From Bradyrhizobium sp. (GTDB taxonomy: Bacteria; Pseudomonadota; Alphaproteobacteria; Rhizobiales; Xanthobacteraceae), in the NCBI GenBank assembly GCA_035693465.1, contig DASSGM010000191.1, forward strand, positions 1 to 44,339: a DNA stretch of 44,339 nucleotides, written 5' to 3'. The position numbers were made by a program, and so were the translations under genes. Numbering within the stretch: position 1 is the stretch's first letter; each line of letters begins with the position of its first letter. Under the pieces are notes generated by a model. That model was not told the DNA's origin. It saw nothing but the letters and a program-made list of their open reading frames with translations, and did not search any database. Below, piece after piece: positions 19,246-27,536 of the stretch.

Positions 19246-19306
19246 CCATACACCACTGTATTGACAGCCGCCAGCGCTCGTCCTAGAACCATACAGTCAT
19301 GTATGG
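19246..19306 (+). promoter_or_regulatory. Two TetR-type operators flanking a sigma-70 promoter
   Basis: CCATACA-CCAC-TGTATTG (19246-19263) and perfect CCATACA-GTCA-TGTATGG (19289-19306). Between them TTGACA (19261)-N17-TAGAAC (19284). Confidence 0.8.
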
Positions 19307-19315
19307 AGTCCTCCG

Positions 19316-19666
19316 ATGCGCGACCTCCTGCTGCAATGTTCCGGGCTGGCCGCGATTGCGGCAGCACTAGCTCACGGCGTGCTCGGCGAAACCAAAGTAT
19401 TCGCGCGCGCCACCATCGAGCCGCCGCGTCTGCGCAAGCTGATTCGCCTGGTCTGGCAGGCCGGCACCGTGGCCTGGATCGGCGGCGGCGTGCTCTTGAT
19501 CGCCGCACCCTTGATGGCCTCGGAGCCGGCACGGCACTGGATTATTGTAACGCTGGCATGCGTGTTTGGCTTTGCCGCGCTGGCTAACGCCTGGGCGATG
19601 CGCGGCCGTCATTTCGGGTGGGTGGCGCTCAGCGCGGTGGTCGCGCTCGCGGTCGCCGGATATTAG
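19316..19666 (+). CDS. Small 4-TM membrane protein of unknown function
   Basis: SD GGAG, four hydrophobic segments, divergent from the TetR gene. Confidence 0.75.
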   Translation: MRDLLLQCSGLAAIAAALAHGVLGETKVFARATIEPPRLRKLIRLVWQAGTVAWIGGGVLLIAAPLMASEPARHWIIVTLACVFGFAALANAWAMRGRHFGWVALSAVVALAVAGY

Positions 19667-19726
19667 CGGGGTGATCGAGAACCTCTCTCTACGCCGCGGA
19701 CAGAACTCTCTGATTTCTCCCCACAA

Positions 19727-19759
19727 CTTAGAATGTCTCTAGTTTAGAAGGAGTCTTTT
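19727..19759. promoter_or_regulatory. Tandem Irr-box (ICE)-like sites
   Basis: CTTAGAA-TGT-CTCTAGT (19727-19743) and TTTAGAA-GGA-GTCTTTT (19743-19759), compared with consensus TTTAGAA-N3-TTCTAAA. Upstream of an FTR1 operon. Confidence 0.55.
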
Positions 19760-19819
19760 TGCTCATCCGGCAGCCAGCCGCTAGCTGACAGCATCCATCC
19801 TAAAAAGCGGAAGCGAGCA

Positions 19820-20719
19820 ATGCGAGCGCGGATACAGCCTGGACGACGTCATAGCATTCTGCTCTGTGCGGCCGGATGTCTTTTTTGGGCGAGCAGCGCC
19901 GCGCGTGCGGAGGATGCAAGCTCCTGGCGCGATATCGAGACAAAATACATCTTTGGATTTACCACCGGTTCCGGCATTGGTCTTGAGGGTGAGAAGGAAT
20001 TCACCGTCGACAGTATTGGCCGGTTCGGCAAGCGCGACGGCCACTACGCGGCAACCGAGACAAAATACGAATTCGAATTTACCCCGACCCAGTTCATCCA
20101 GATCGAATTCGGCGCGCTCGGAGCGACCCACAATATCAGCGGCGTGACCGATCTCGATGACCGGCGCCAGGTCGCCTTGAGCGGAGTGTTTGCGGAATTC
20201 CGCTATCTTGCGATCGAGCGCACCTCGAGCAACCCGCTGGCGGTCACGCTGGCATTCGAACCGACGGTGCGGCGGATTGACGAGACCGGCGGCGAGCGCG
20301 TGCACAATTATGAATTCGAAACCATCCTCAACGCCGATCTCGAGCTTCTGAAGAACCGCCTGTTTGCGGGGTTCAATTTGCTCTACGAGCCCGAGATCAC
20401 CCAGACCTTGGCGGGTGATACCGAACGCGAAGCCAAGTTCGGCGGTTCGGCTGCGCTGTCGCTTCGGGTCGCGTCGAGTGTCGTCATCGGCGGCGAGGTC
20501 TGGTATCTCAGGCATTATGACGCCGCCAATCTAACGGCTTTCACCGGCGATGCCGTCCTGCTGGGGCCCACGCTCTATGTCCAGTTCACCCCGAAGATGT
20601 TCATGACCGCGGCTTGGAACACTCAGGTCTGGGGGCGAGAGGTCGGCAACCCCGTATCGCTCAACCTGGCAGAGTTCCAACGCAATCGTGCCAGACTTAA
20701 ATTCGCCGTCGAATTTTGA
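19820..20719 (+). CDS. Exported hypothetical protein, probable outer-membrane beta-barrel
   Basis: Signal peptide ending AARA, many alternating aromatic/polar strands (YEFEFTP, FAEFRY, FAGFNLLYE, LYVQFT), and C-terminal KFAVEF ending in Phe. Confidence 0.72.
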   Translation: MRARIQPGRRHSILLCAAGCLFWASSAARAEDASSWRDIETKYIFGFTTGSGIGLEGEKEFTVDSIGRFGKRDGHYAATETKYEFEFTPTQFIQIEFGALGATHNISGVTDLDDRRQVALSGVFAEFRYLAIERTSSNPLAVTLAFEPTVRRIDETGGERVHNYEFETILNADLELLKNRLFAGFNLLYEPEITQTLAGDTEREAKFGGSAALSLRVASSVVIGGEVWYLRHYDAANLTAFTGDAVLLGPTLYVQFTPKMFMTAAWNTQVWGREVGNPVSLNLAEFQRNRARLKFAVEF

Positions 20720-20756
20720 TCTTCTCTAATCCGGCAACGCTGATAGAGGGTGTATT

Positions 20757-21101
20757 ATGATTATCATCATGAGAAAACTGATCCTGGCCGCGCTTTGCGC
20801 GATCGCGGTGCTGCCGCTCTCTCCATCTCGGGCGCAACAGGCGACGGAGCTTCAATTGACCTATTCCAAGGGCCAGTTCCAGCCGGGCGAATTGCGCGCG
20901 CCGGCTGACAAGCCGATCCTGGTTCGCCTCAAGAACCTCGACGCCAAGGCCATGGAATTTGAAAGCAAATCGTTGCGGGTCGAAAAGGTGGTCGCCGCCA
21001 ACAGCGAAGGCGTCATCAATGTGCGGGCCCTGAAACCCGGACGCTATGAATTTTACGACGACTTCAACGAAAAGGCGCGCGGCGCCTTGGTCGTGCAGTA
21101 G
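20757..21101 (+). CDS. Periplasmic cupredoxin-domain protein (FtrB / EfeO-N-like)
   Basis: Signal peptide, FQPGELRAPA, EFES..LRVEKVV and LKPGRYEFYDDF. Immediately upstream of FTR1. Confidence 0.85.
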   Translation: MIIIMRKLILAALCAIAVLPLSPSRAQQATELQLTYSKGQFQPGELRAPADKPILVRLKNLDAKAMEFESKSLRVEKVVAANSEGVINVRALKPGRYEFYDDFNEKARGALVVQ

Positions 21102-21113
21102 GCGGAAGGGTCC

Positions 21114-21944
21114 GTGCTAGCCGCGCTCATCATCGTGTTTCGCGAGGTCTTCGAGGCCGGATTGATCGTGGGCATCGTGCTCGCGGTGACCGGCTCGGTT
21201 CGGCATCGCAATCGCTGGATCGGCGGCGGCGTGCTGGCGGGGGCGCTTGCGGCCTGCGTCGTCGCCGCGTTTGCCGGCGCACTGTCCCGGCTATTTGCAG
21301 GCATGGGGCAAGAGTTGTTCAACGCGGCGATCCTGGCCGTCGCCGTGACCATGCTGACGTGGCACAACGTGTGGATGGCGCGGCACGGCAAGGAAATGGC
21401 CGGCGAAATGCGCGCGGTCGGACAGGCCGTCGCGGACGGAACCAAACCGCTGTTGGCATTGGCTGTGGTGGTCGGTGTGGCGGTCTTGCGCGAAGGCAGC
21501 GAGGTCGCGCTGTTCCTGTATGGCGTCGCCGCGTCCGACGGTGGGTCGGCCTTGAGCCTCGCACTTGGTGGATTCATTGGACTGGCGCTTGGAGCGGCCG
21601 TTTGCTTCTTGACCTATTTTGGCCTGATGCGCATCCCGCCGCGGGCGTTGTTCGCGACCACGACCGTCCTGATCACATTGCTTGCGGCCGGCATGGCCGC
21701 GCAGGCGGTGGCATTCCTCGAACGTGCCAATTGGCTTACGCGACTCGATACTGTGGTTTGGGACAGCGGCTGGCTGCTTTCGGAAAAGAGCATCACCGGC
21801 CGGACAATGCACACATTGATCGGCTACACCGATCAGCCGACGGAAATGCAGCTTTTGATCTATCTGGCGGTGCTTGTCGTGACGGTCATGCTGATGCGGC
21901 TGACGGCACCCGGACAAGGTGCCCGTGCCGCCGCAACCGGCTGA
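21114..21944 (+). CDS. FTR1-family iron permease (FtrC/EfeU-like)
   Basis: Two RExxE motifs (REVFE, REGSE), about 7 TM segments, QELF and LIGY. Confidence 0.93.
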   Translation: MLAALIIVFREVFEAGLIVGIVLAVTGSVRHRNRWIGGGVLAGALAACVVAAFAGALSRLFAGMGQELFNAAILAVAVTMLTWHNVWMARHGKEMAGEMRAVGQAVADGTKPLLALAVVVGVAVLREGSEVALFLYGVAASDGGSALSLALGGFIGLALGAAVCFLTYFGLMRIPPRALFATTTVLITLLAAGMAAQAVAFLERANWLTRLDTVVWDSGWLLSEKSITGRTMHTLIGYTDQPTEMQLLIYLAVLVVTVMLMRLTAPGQGARAAATG

Positions 21945-21961
21945 CGATCCGGAACACCGCG

Positions 21962-23512
21962 CTAATTCCAATATGGCTTCAGCTTCTCGAATTCGCGAAA
22001 GGCATGCTCGGCCGCGGAAAGTAAAGGCTTGAACCGGGCTTCCTCGTGCCCTGTCAACAAGCCGGCGGCGAATATGCGTCGAGACGGCCTGGCCGATCGT
22101 GCAGCCGAGGCCTTGGCGAGCCGGGTCGTGAGCTTCTCATGCACGATGACGTCGTTCAAATCGCCAAAGCAATCCTGCATGTCCTTGAGCGCCGAAAGGA
22201 ATGACTCTCGACGTTTTTCCTTCTTTTTTCCAGGAAACACCGTCCCATAGAACTCCGCAGCGTAGCGTAGTTTTTTGGCCTGGATCCGAAGCTTGTGCCG
22301 CGCCTGCGCATCGAGTTTTGCCAGCATGCGGCCCCGTTTGCGAATCTTTTTCCAGCGTCGCGTCAGTTGGGCGCGGGCCAGCGTCTTGATCGGCTGCTCG
22401 CAACGCCGGCGCGAGAGTTCGTTTTGTGGCTCGCGCCAGCCGCCGACGTCGAGCCATGCGGCGAGGTCCAGCGTCAGGTCGCGAAATCGCCTCGAGCACA
22501 CCGCCGTCAATGCGCGCGCCACGGCGGCGTCACGCCGGTCCGCCAGATCCTGCGACAGGCTTCGCATTCCGGTCAAGCGAGAGTGGCTCTTTTCGAGCGG
22601 TGCCACGACTCTATTCAGGAAAACGTCGAATTCGCGCGCGGGACCAAGTTCGCTTGTGAGCCATTTCAATTCCCGCTTGATGTCGCGCACTTCCGCTTCC
22701 GCAACAATATCCGAGAATAACGATATCGCCGCGCGCAGGCGACGCAACCCGACGCGCATCTGATGAATGCCCTCGGGGTCTCCGGCGAGGATTGCCGGTT
22801 TGTTAGCGACAATCTGCTTGAGACAAGTAAATCCGATCGATTGGAATGCGGCGCTTGCCGGCAGGTCCGGCGCAATATCAACGGCCTCGCCTTTTGCGAC
22901 TGCGGCGTTCTCGCCGGCAAGAAGTTCGTAACCGCGTTGCGACTTGCTTTTGACCGCAAGTTCACCAGACGTAGCGCGCGCGATTGATCGCGCGAACTCG
23001 AACAGACGTGCTCTGGTGCCTCGCTTCAACTCGAGCTCTGCTTCACACAGCGGTAGCGTACCGTTGCCGGCGTCGATTTCGCCGCGATCGATCGTCAAGG
23101 CGATATCGCAGTCCTTGCGGGTAAGCGGATAGCGGGTGCGCTGCACGCGAGTTTCGAACACTGGGCGCAGTCGCTTGCGCAGTTTCTTGATCCCCAGTGG
23201 TTCGAGTGCCGACGTGTCCGCCCGATTCAGGTCCGGCCGACTGTCGTCGACCGCCGCTTCCCATTCGCCGCGTTCGAACGGGCCTCCGTCATCCGACTTG
23301 ATGGTCTGAATATACCGATTGCCGGTGCGCCGGACGCGCAACGTCAAACCGCTATCCTTGAGTTTCAGACGTTTGGTGTCGAAGTAGACCGAGACCTGGT
23401 TTTCGCTTCGCTTCGACCTGCCTGCCCGGCGGAGCAGGGGCATGCGCCCAAGCCGCGCGAAATTTGCGGATGGCAGCTGCAGCTTGATTTCGATTTCCTT
23501 CGGAGGCGACAC
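21962..23512 (-). CDS. CYTH + CHAD domain protein
   Basis: EIEIK (ExExK), VYFDT, LRVRR, QTIK, EAELELK and KSQRGY, followed by CHAD motifs HQMRVGLRRLR, HKLRIQAKKLRY and QDCFGDLND. Confidence 0.92.
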   Translation of the reverse strand: MSPPKEIEIKLQLPSANFARLGRMPLLRRAGRSKRSENQVSVYFDTKRLKLKDSGLTLRVRRTGNRYIQTIKSDDGGPFERGEWEAAVDDSRPDLNRADTSALEPLGIKKLRKRLRPVFETRVQRTRYPLTRKDCDIALTIDRGEIDAGNGTLPLCEAELELKRGTRARLFEFARSIARATSGELAVKSKSQRGYELLAGENAAVAKGEAVDIAPDLPASAAFQSIGFTCLKQIVANKPAILAGDPEGIHQMRVGLRRLRAAISLFSDIVAEAEVRDIKRELKWLTSELGPAREFDVFLNRVVAPLEKSHSRLTGMRSLSQDLADRRDAAVARALTAVCSRRFRDLTLDLAAWLDVGGWREPQNELSRRRCEQPIKTLARAQLTRRWKKIRKRGRMLAKLDAQARHKLRIQAKKLRYAAEFYGTVFPGKKKEKRRESFLSALKDMQDCFGDLNDVIVHEKLTTRLAKASAARSARPSRRIFAAGLLTGHEEARFKPLLSAAEHAFREFEKLKPYWN

Positions 23513-23544
23513 AAGTTGCTCCGAAATGCCAGATCTCGATTAGG

Positions 23545-23592
23545 AAATTGATCCGATGAAACCCGATTCCTGCTTTTCCGGATCATGCGCCA
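23545..23592 (-). repeat. Degenerate copy of the GCATGATCCGGAAAAG repeat
   Basis: Minus strand CTGGCGCATGATCCGGAAAAGCAGGAATCGGGTTTC resembles the start of 33771-33870. Confidence 0.55.
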
Positions 23593-23667
23593 GAACCTTC
23601 CAATCCGGCAAGAACAGCGAAGGTTCCGGGCGCTGCTGCGTCAAATCTTCGATGGCCGGTTTGGTAT

Positions 23668-24342
23668 TTATTGCAGGGGCGGGTCGCCGCTGGTGCGCTT
23701 CTTGGCGAGATCCATCTCGGTGACCGCGATCAGGATTTCAGCGCGGGTTTTCAGGTCGGGTGCCTCAAGCATTGCCTGTTTCTCCGGCGGTCCGTAAGGC
23801 GACATCATCGCCAGCGCATTGACCAGGGCCTCATTGGGGGCGCTTTCGACGCCCTCCCAGTCAACCTTGAGATTATTGGCTTTGAGGAAATCCGTCAGGA
23901 CCGTGAGCAGCGCCTCGCGGTCGACGGCCTCCTCGCCTTTGCGGGCGGTGAAATCGTCAAGGTAGGGAAAAAAATCCACCTTGCATTGCCGATATGCGGT
24001 CTGCACGGCAATTTCCTCGATCACCTTGAAGCGCGCGATGCCGGTGAGTTCGAGGATGTAGCGGCCGTCGCCGGCCTCGGCGAGCTGGGTGATGCGTCCG
24101 ACGCAGCCGACGCGAAACAGCTTCGGGTTTTCCTCGTTGCGGGAGTGGGAAACGTCCGGCTGGATCATGCCGATCAGCCGATGGCCGTCGCGCAGCGCAT
24201 CGTCCACCATCGCGAGATAGCGCGGCTCGAAGATATTGAGCGGCATCTGGCCGCGCGGCAGCAGTAGCGCGCCGGGCAGAGGAAATACCGGTATCACCTC
24301 GGGAAGGTCACCGGGCCCGCGATATTCGGCATTGATCGGCAT
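23668..24342 (-). CDS. LON peptidase substrate-binding domain protein
   Basis: IPVFPLPGALLLP..MPLNIFEPRYLAMV, VGCVGRI, DGRY and EKQAMLEA. Confidence 0.93.
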   Translation of the reverse strand: MPINAEYRGPGDLPEVIPVFPLPGALLLPRGQMPLNIFEPRYLAMVDDALRDGHRLIGMIQPDVSHSRNEENPKLFRVGCVGRITQLAEAGDGRYILELTGIARFKVIEEIAVQTAYRQCKVDFFPYLDDFTARKGEEAVDREALLTVLTDFLKANNLKVDWEGVESAPNEALVNALAMMSPYGPPEKQAMLEAPDLKTRAEILIAVTEMDLAKKRTSGDPPLQ

Positions 24343-24357
24343 CTGCGGCCCCGGTGC

Positions 24358-24427
24358 TAACCTTTAAAGCCTTGGTTTGGCGTATTCTAATCGCAAAACC
24401 GGTACCCATTTTTGCGAATACATCCTA
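24358..24427 (-). repeat. Palindromic Rhizobiales repeat beginning at the cnoX stop codon
   Basis: TAGGATGTATTCGCAAAAATGGGTACCGGTTTTGCGATTAGAATACGCCAAAC has the same architecture as 33771-33826. Confidence 0.6.
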
Positions 24428-25348
24428 CGAGAACAGAATCGTCGATAGCCGCTTGCGTCCATCCGTGGTGGCCTGATCGGCCGGCCCCCAGGCGTCGAAG
24501 AACTGCACGAGTTGCTTTCGCGCGGCATCGTCATTCCATTTGCGGTCGCGCTTGACGATCTCGAGCAGCTGATCGGTGGCCTCAGCGCGCTTGCCTGAGG
24601 CATTAAGCGCGATCGCGAGATCGAATCGCCCCTGATGATCGAGCGGGTTTGCTGCGACTTTTTGTTCCAGCTCGCTCACCGGACCCAGCGCCTTGGCCTG
24701 TTCGGCAAGATCGATCGCCGCCTGCACGGCCTTGACGGCCGGGTCACTGCGCTTCGATTCCGGCACCATGGCCAGCGTCTGCTTGGCCTGCTCGATGGCG
24801 CGGGTTGCGACGTAGCATTTGGCAAGTCCCGCCAGCGCCGCGATATTGATTGGGTCCGCCGCCAGCACCTCGGCATAAATTTGCGCGGCGGTGGCAGGAT
24901 CGCCTTCCGCGAGAACCGTTTCGGCCTCTTTGAGAATTTCGGCGACATTCGGCTCCCCCGCACGGGGCATGGCCTTGGTCACCTTATCGATGAAAGCGTT
25001 GACCTGGCTCTCCGGCACCGCGCCCATGAAACCGTCGGCGGGCTGGCCGTTGGCGAACGCGATCACGGCCGGGATCGACTGGATGCCCATCTGGCCCGGA
25101 ATAGCCGGATGCTCGTCGATGTTCATCTTGACCAGCTTGACCTTGCCCTTTGCGGCGCGGACCGCCTTCTCGAGAATCGGCGTGAGTTGGCGGCACGGGC
25201 CGCACCAGGGCGCCCAGAAGTCGATCAGCACCGGCTGCCGTTTTGACTCCTCAATGACGTCCTTCACGAACGTCTGGGTGGTCGTCTCCTTGATCAGATC
25301 GGGTGCGGCCTCTGGTGCTGCTCCGCTGCCCTGCTCTACTATGGTCAC
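24425..25348 (-). CDS. cnoX: Thioredoxin-TPR chaperedoxin CnoX/YbbN
   Basis: DFWAPWCGPC, GIQSIPAV and C-terminal TPR helices ending RKRLSTILFS. GTG start after GAGG. Confidence 0.92.
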   Translation of the reverse strand: MTIVEQGSGAAPEAAPDLIKETTTQTFVKDVIEESKRQPVLIDFWAPWCGPCRQLTPILEKAVRAAKGKVKLVKMNIDEHPAIPGQMGIQSIPAVIAFANGQPADGFMGAVPESQVNAFIDKVTKAMPRAGEPNVAEILKEAETVLAEGDPATAAQIYAEVLAADPINIAALAGLAKCYVATRAIEQAKQTLAMVPESKRSDPAVKAVQAAIDLAEQAKALGPVSELEQKVAANPLDHQGRFDLAIALNASGKRAEATDQLLEIVKRDRKWNDDAARKQLVQFFDAWGPADQATTDGRKRLSTILFS

Positions 25349-25599
25349 GGGAATCCTCGCCTGTGTGTGAAGGATCGGGTATATTTTAGCATGTCCCAGC
25401 CCTAATTGGCGCTTGATGGCCCGATTTGCAATCGGTGGAACCCTTCCGCCTGGTTTTGGGCCGATTTGCGGGCCGATCGCGGATTATGGCCGGTCGACTA
25501 GGCCTGTTCACGGGTACGGCGTGGCCTGTTGCATTCATGGGCCGCATTTGGCATAGCTCTGCCCGGCGTCGGCGAATGATCGTCGCCAATCTCTCGGAT

Positions 25600-25674
<75 letters not shown>

Positions 25675-26082
25675 GATTTTCTCGAAAAGCCAAAGTTTGA
25701 CGAAGGCTCGCTATGTCCGCGGGCCATTCGTTTTTCCGAAAGATGAGCTCCCGTGGTTAGGGCAGCAGCCGCGCTTTCACGTCGCGGATCGAGATGCGAC
25801 GATGTCGTCAACTCCAGGCGCTAGAATTCGCTGCAGCTGGATGCGTAATGTGCAATACCGCATCGCAGCGTCCGCAAAAAATTACATCGAATAAAACCGG
25901 TCGAAAGAAATTTTTTCTCAATTTGTTTTTGCTCTCCGAGACTCGCGCGACACGCTTCTCTCCCTCAGCGGATGTGATAACCTTTTGGGGTCTGATCCAC
26001 CTGGGGCAGGCCAAAGTTCGTCTCTCGAAACGTTCAAAATAAACAACACGCGCAGCCGCCAGGCTGCAGAGGGAGTGACGCG

Positions 26083-27342
26083 ATGAAATCGACATTCAAT
26101 CGATCTGTTCTTGCGCTTGCGGCAATCTTCGTTGTCGCCGGGGCCGGTCAGGCCAGCGCGCAGGATAAGCCGCTCAAGAAGTACGAGTCCGGCACCAAGG
26201 AATTCTGGACCCATCCGCCGGATGATTGGTTCCTCGGCGACGAGACCGAAGCCCAAAAGGGCCTCGCGCCGCCGTCCGGTCCGCCGACCGGCGCATCGGA
26301 GGCCGAACTCGCCGCGATGATGAAGAAGATCAAGCTGCCGGCGGGCTTCCAGATCGAAGTCTACGCGCCGGGCGTGCTGCAAGCGCGGCAGATGGCCTGG
26401 GGCGACAACGGCACGCTGTTCGTCGGCTCGTTCGACCTCGGCAACGTCTATGCCATCATCGACAAGGGCGGCAAGAAAGAGGTCAAGACCGTCCTCAAGA
26501 AACTCAACATGCCAACCGGGCTGGCGTTCAAGGACGGCGCGCTGTACGTCATCGCCATCGACAAGCTGATCAAATATGACAACGCCGAAGCCAATCTCGA
26601 CAAGCTCGGCGACGGCAAGGTGGTCTATGACGACATGCCGTCCTATGTGGCGCACGGCTGGAAATACCTCGCTCCCGACAAGGACGGCTGGTTCTACGTG
26701 CCGTTCGGACCTCCCTTCAATATCGGCATTCCGCCGACCAGCGTGTCGCAGATCCGTCGCGTCGATCCAAAGACCGGCAATGCCGAAATCTGGGCGCTCG
26801 GCGTCCGCAACAGCGTCGGCGGCGATGTCGATCCGCGCACCGGAAAGTACTGGTTCACCGAGAACGCGCGCGACTGGATGAGCGACGACATGCCGAGTGA
26901 CAAGCTCAACATGATTACGAAGATCGGCGAGCACTTTGGCTACCCCTATTGCCACCAGGGCGACACCCCCGATCCGAAGTTCGCGATGGGTCACCAATGT
27001 TCGGAATTCACCCCGCCGGTGCTCAATCTCGGCGCCCATGTCGCGCCGCTCGGCATGAAATTCTATACCGGCGACCAATTCCCCGCCGAGTACAAGAACA
27101 ATATCTTCATCGCCGAACACGGGTCCTGGAATCGGCACAAATATCAGGGCGCCCGGATCAAGCGCGTGATCGTCGATCCCGATGGCAAGAATGCCAAGCA
27201 GGAAATCTTCGCTTCGGGCTGGCTTGAGGGCGACCAGGGTTATCTTGGACGTCCGGCTGACATCGTTCTCGCCAAGGATGGTTCGATGCTCGTCGCCGAC
27301 GACTGGGCCGGCGCGATCTACCGCATCAGCTACAAGAAGTAA
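26083..27342 (+). CDS. Periplasmic glucose/sorbosone dehydrogenase-family (PQQ-type beta-propeller) protein
   Basis: Signal peptide, KLPAGFQIEVYA, GVRNSVG, HFGYPYCH, AHVAPLG, AEHGSWNR, GRPAD and VADDWAGAIYRI. Confidence 0.88.
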   Translation: MKSTFNRSVLALAAIFVVAGAGQASAQDKPLKKYESGTKEFWTHPPDDWFLGDETEAQKGLAPPSGPPTGASEAELAAMMKKIKLPAGFQIEVYAPGVLQARQMAWGDNGTLFVGSFDLGNVYAIIDKGGKKEVKTVLKKLNMPTGLAFKDGALYVIAIDKLIKYDNAEANLDKLGDGKVVYDDMPSYVAHGWKYLAPDKDGWFYVPFGPPFNIGIPPTSVSQIRRVDPKTGNAEIWALGVRNSVGGDVDPRTGKYWFTENARDWMSDDMPSDKLNMITKIGEHFGYPYCHQGDTPDPKFAMGHQCSEFTPPVLNLGAHVAPLGMKFYTGDQFPAEYKNNIFIAEHGSWNRHKYQGARIKRVIVDPDGKNAKQEIFASGWLEGDQGYLGRPADIVLAKDGSMLVADDWAGAIYRISYKK

Positions 27343-27356
27343 GGACGGAGCATTTA

Positions 27357-27402
27357 GAGGCTGCGGCTGCCCGGGAACGGGTAGCCGCAGCTTCGCGTTT
27401 TG
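27357..27402 (+). terminator. Probable intrinsic terminator
   Basis: GAGGCTGCGGCTGCCCG-GGAA-CGGGTAGCCGCAGCTTC followed by GCGTTTT. Confidence 0.6.
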
Positions 27403-27435
27403 AAGGCCGTAGTGCAGCGTTCAGCACCGAGAACC

Positions 27436-27527
27436 ATCATTCCGGACCGCGCGTGAAGCGCGCGGATCGGGAATCTGGAGATTACAGGCGAGATTCCGGT
27501 TTCGCGCTGAAACGCGCCCGGGATGAC
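27436..27527. repeat. REP-like element (TCATTCCGG family)
   Basis: TCATTCCGG...GGAATCTGGAGAT...GCGAGATTCCGG...CCGGGATGAC, closely similar to 38068-38161. Confidence 0.75.
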
Positions 27528-27536
27528 ACGCTGGGA

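Noticed and set aside
27453-27536. N-terminal extensions in the ORF track for the cytochrome c, panE (29189-29242) and serine hydrolase (33736-33828)
   Set aside because: They are largely translations of intergenic palindromic repeats. Downstream starts fit the family N-termini better.
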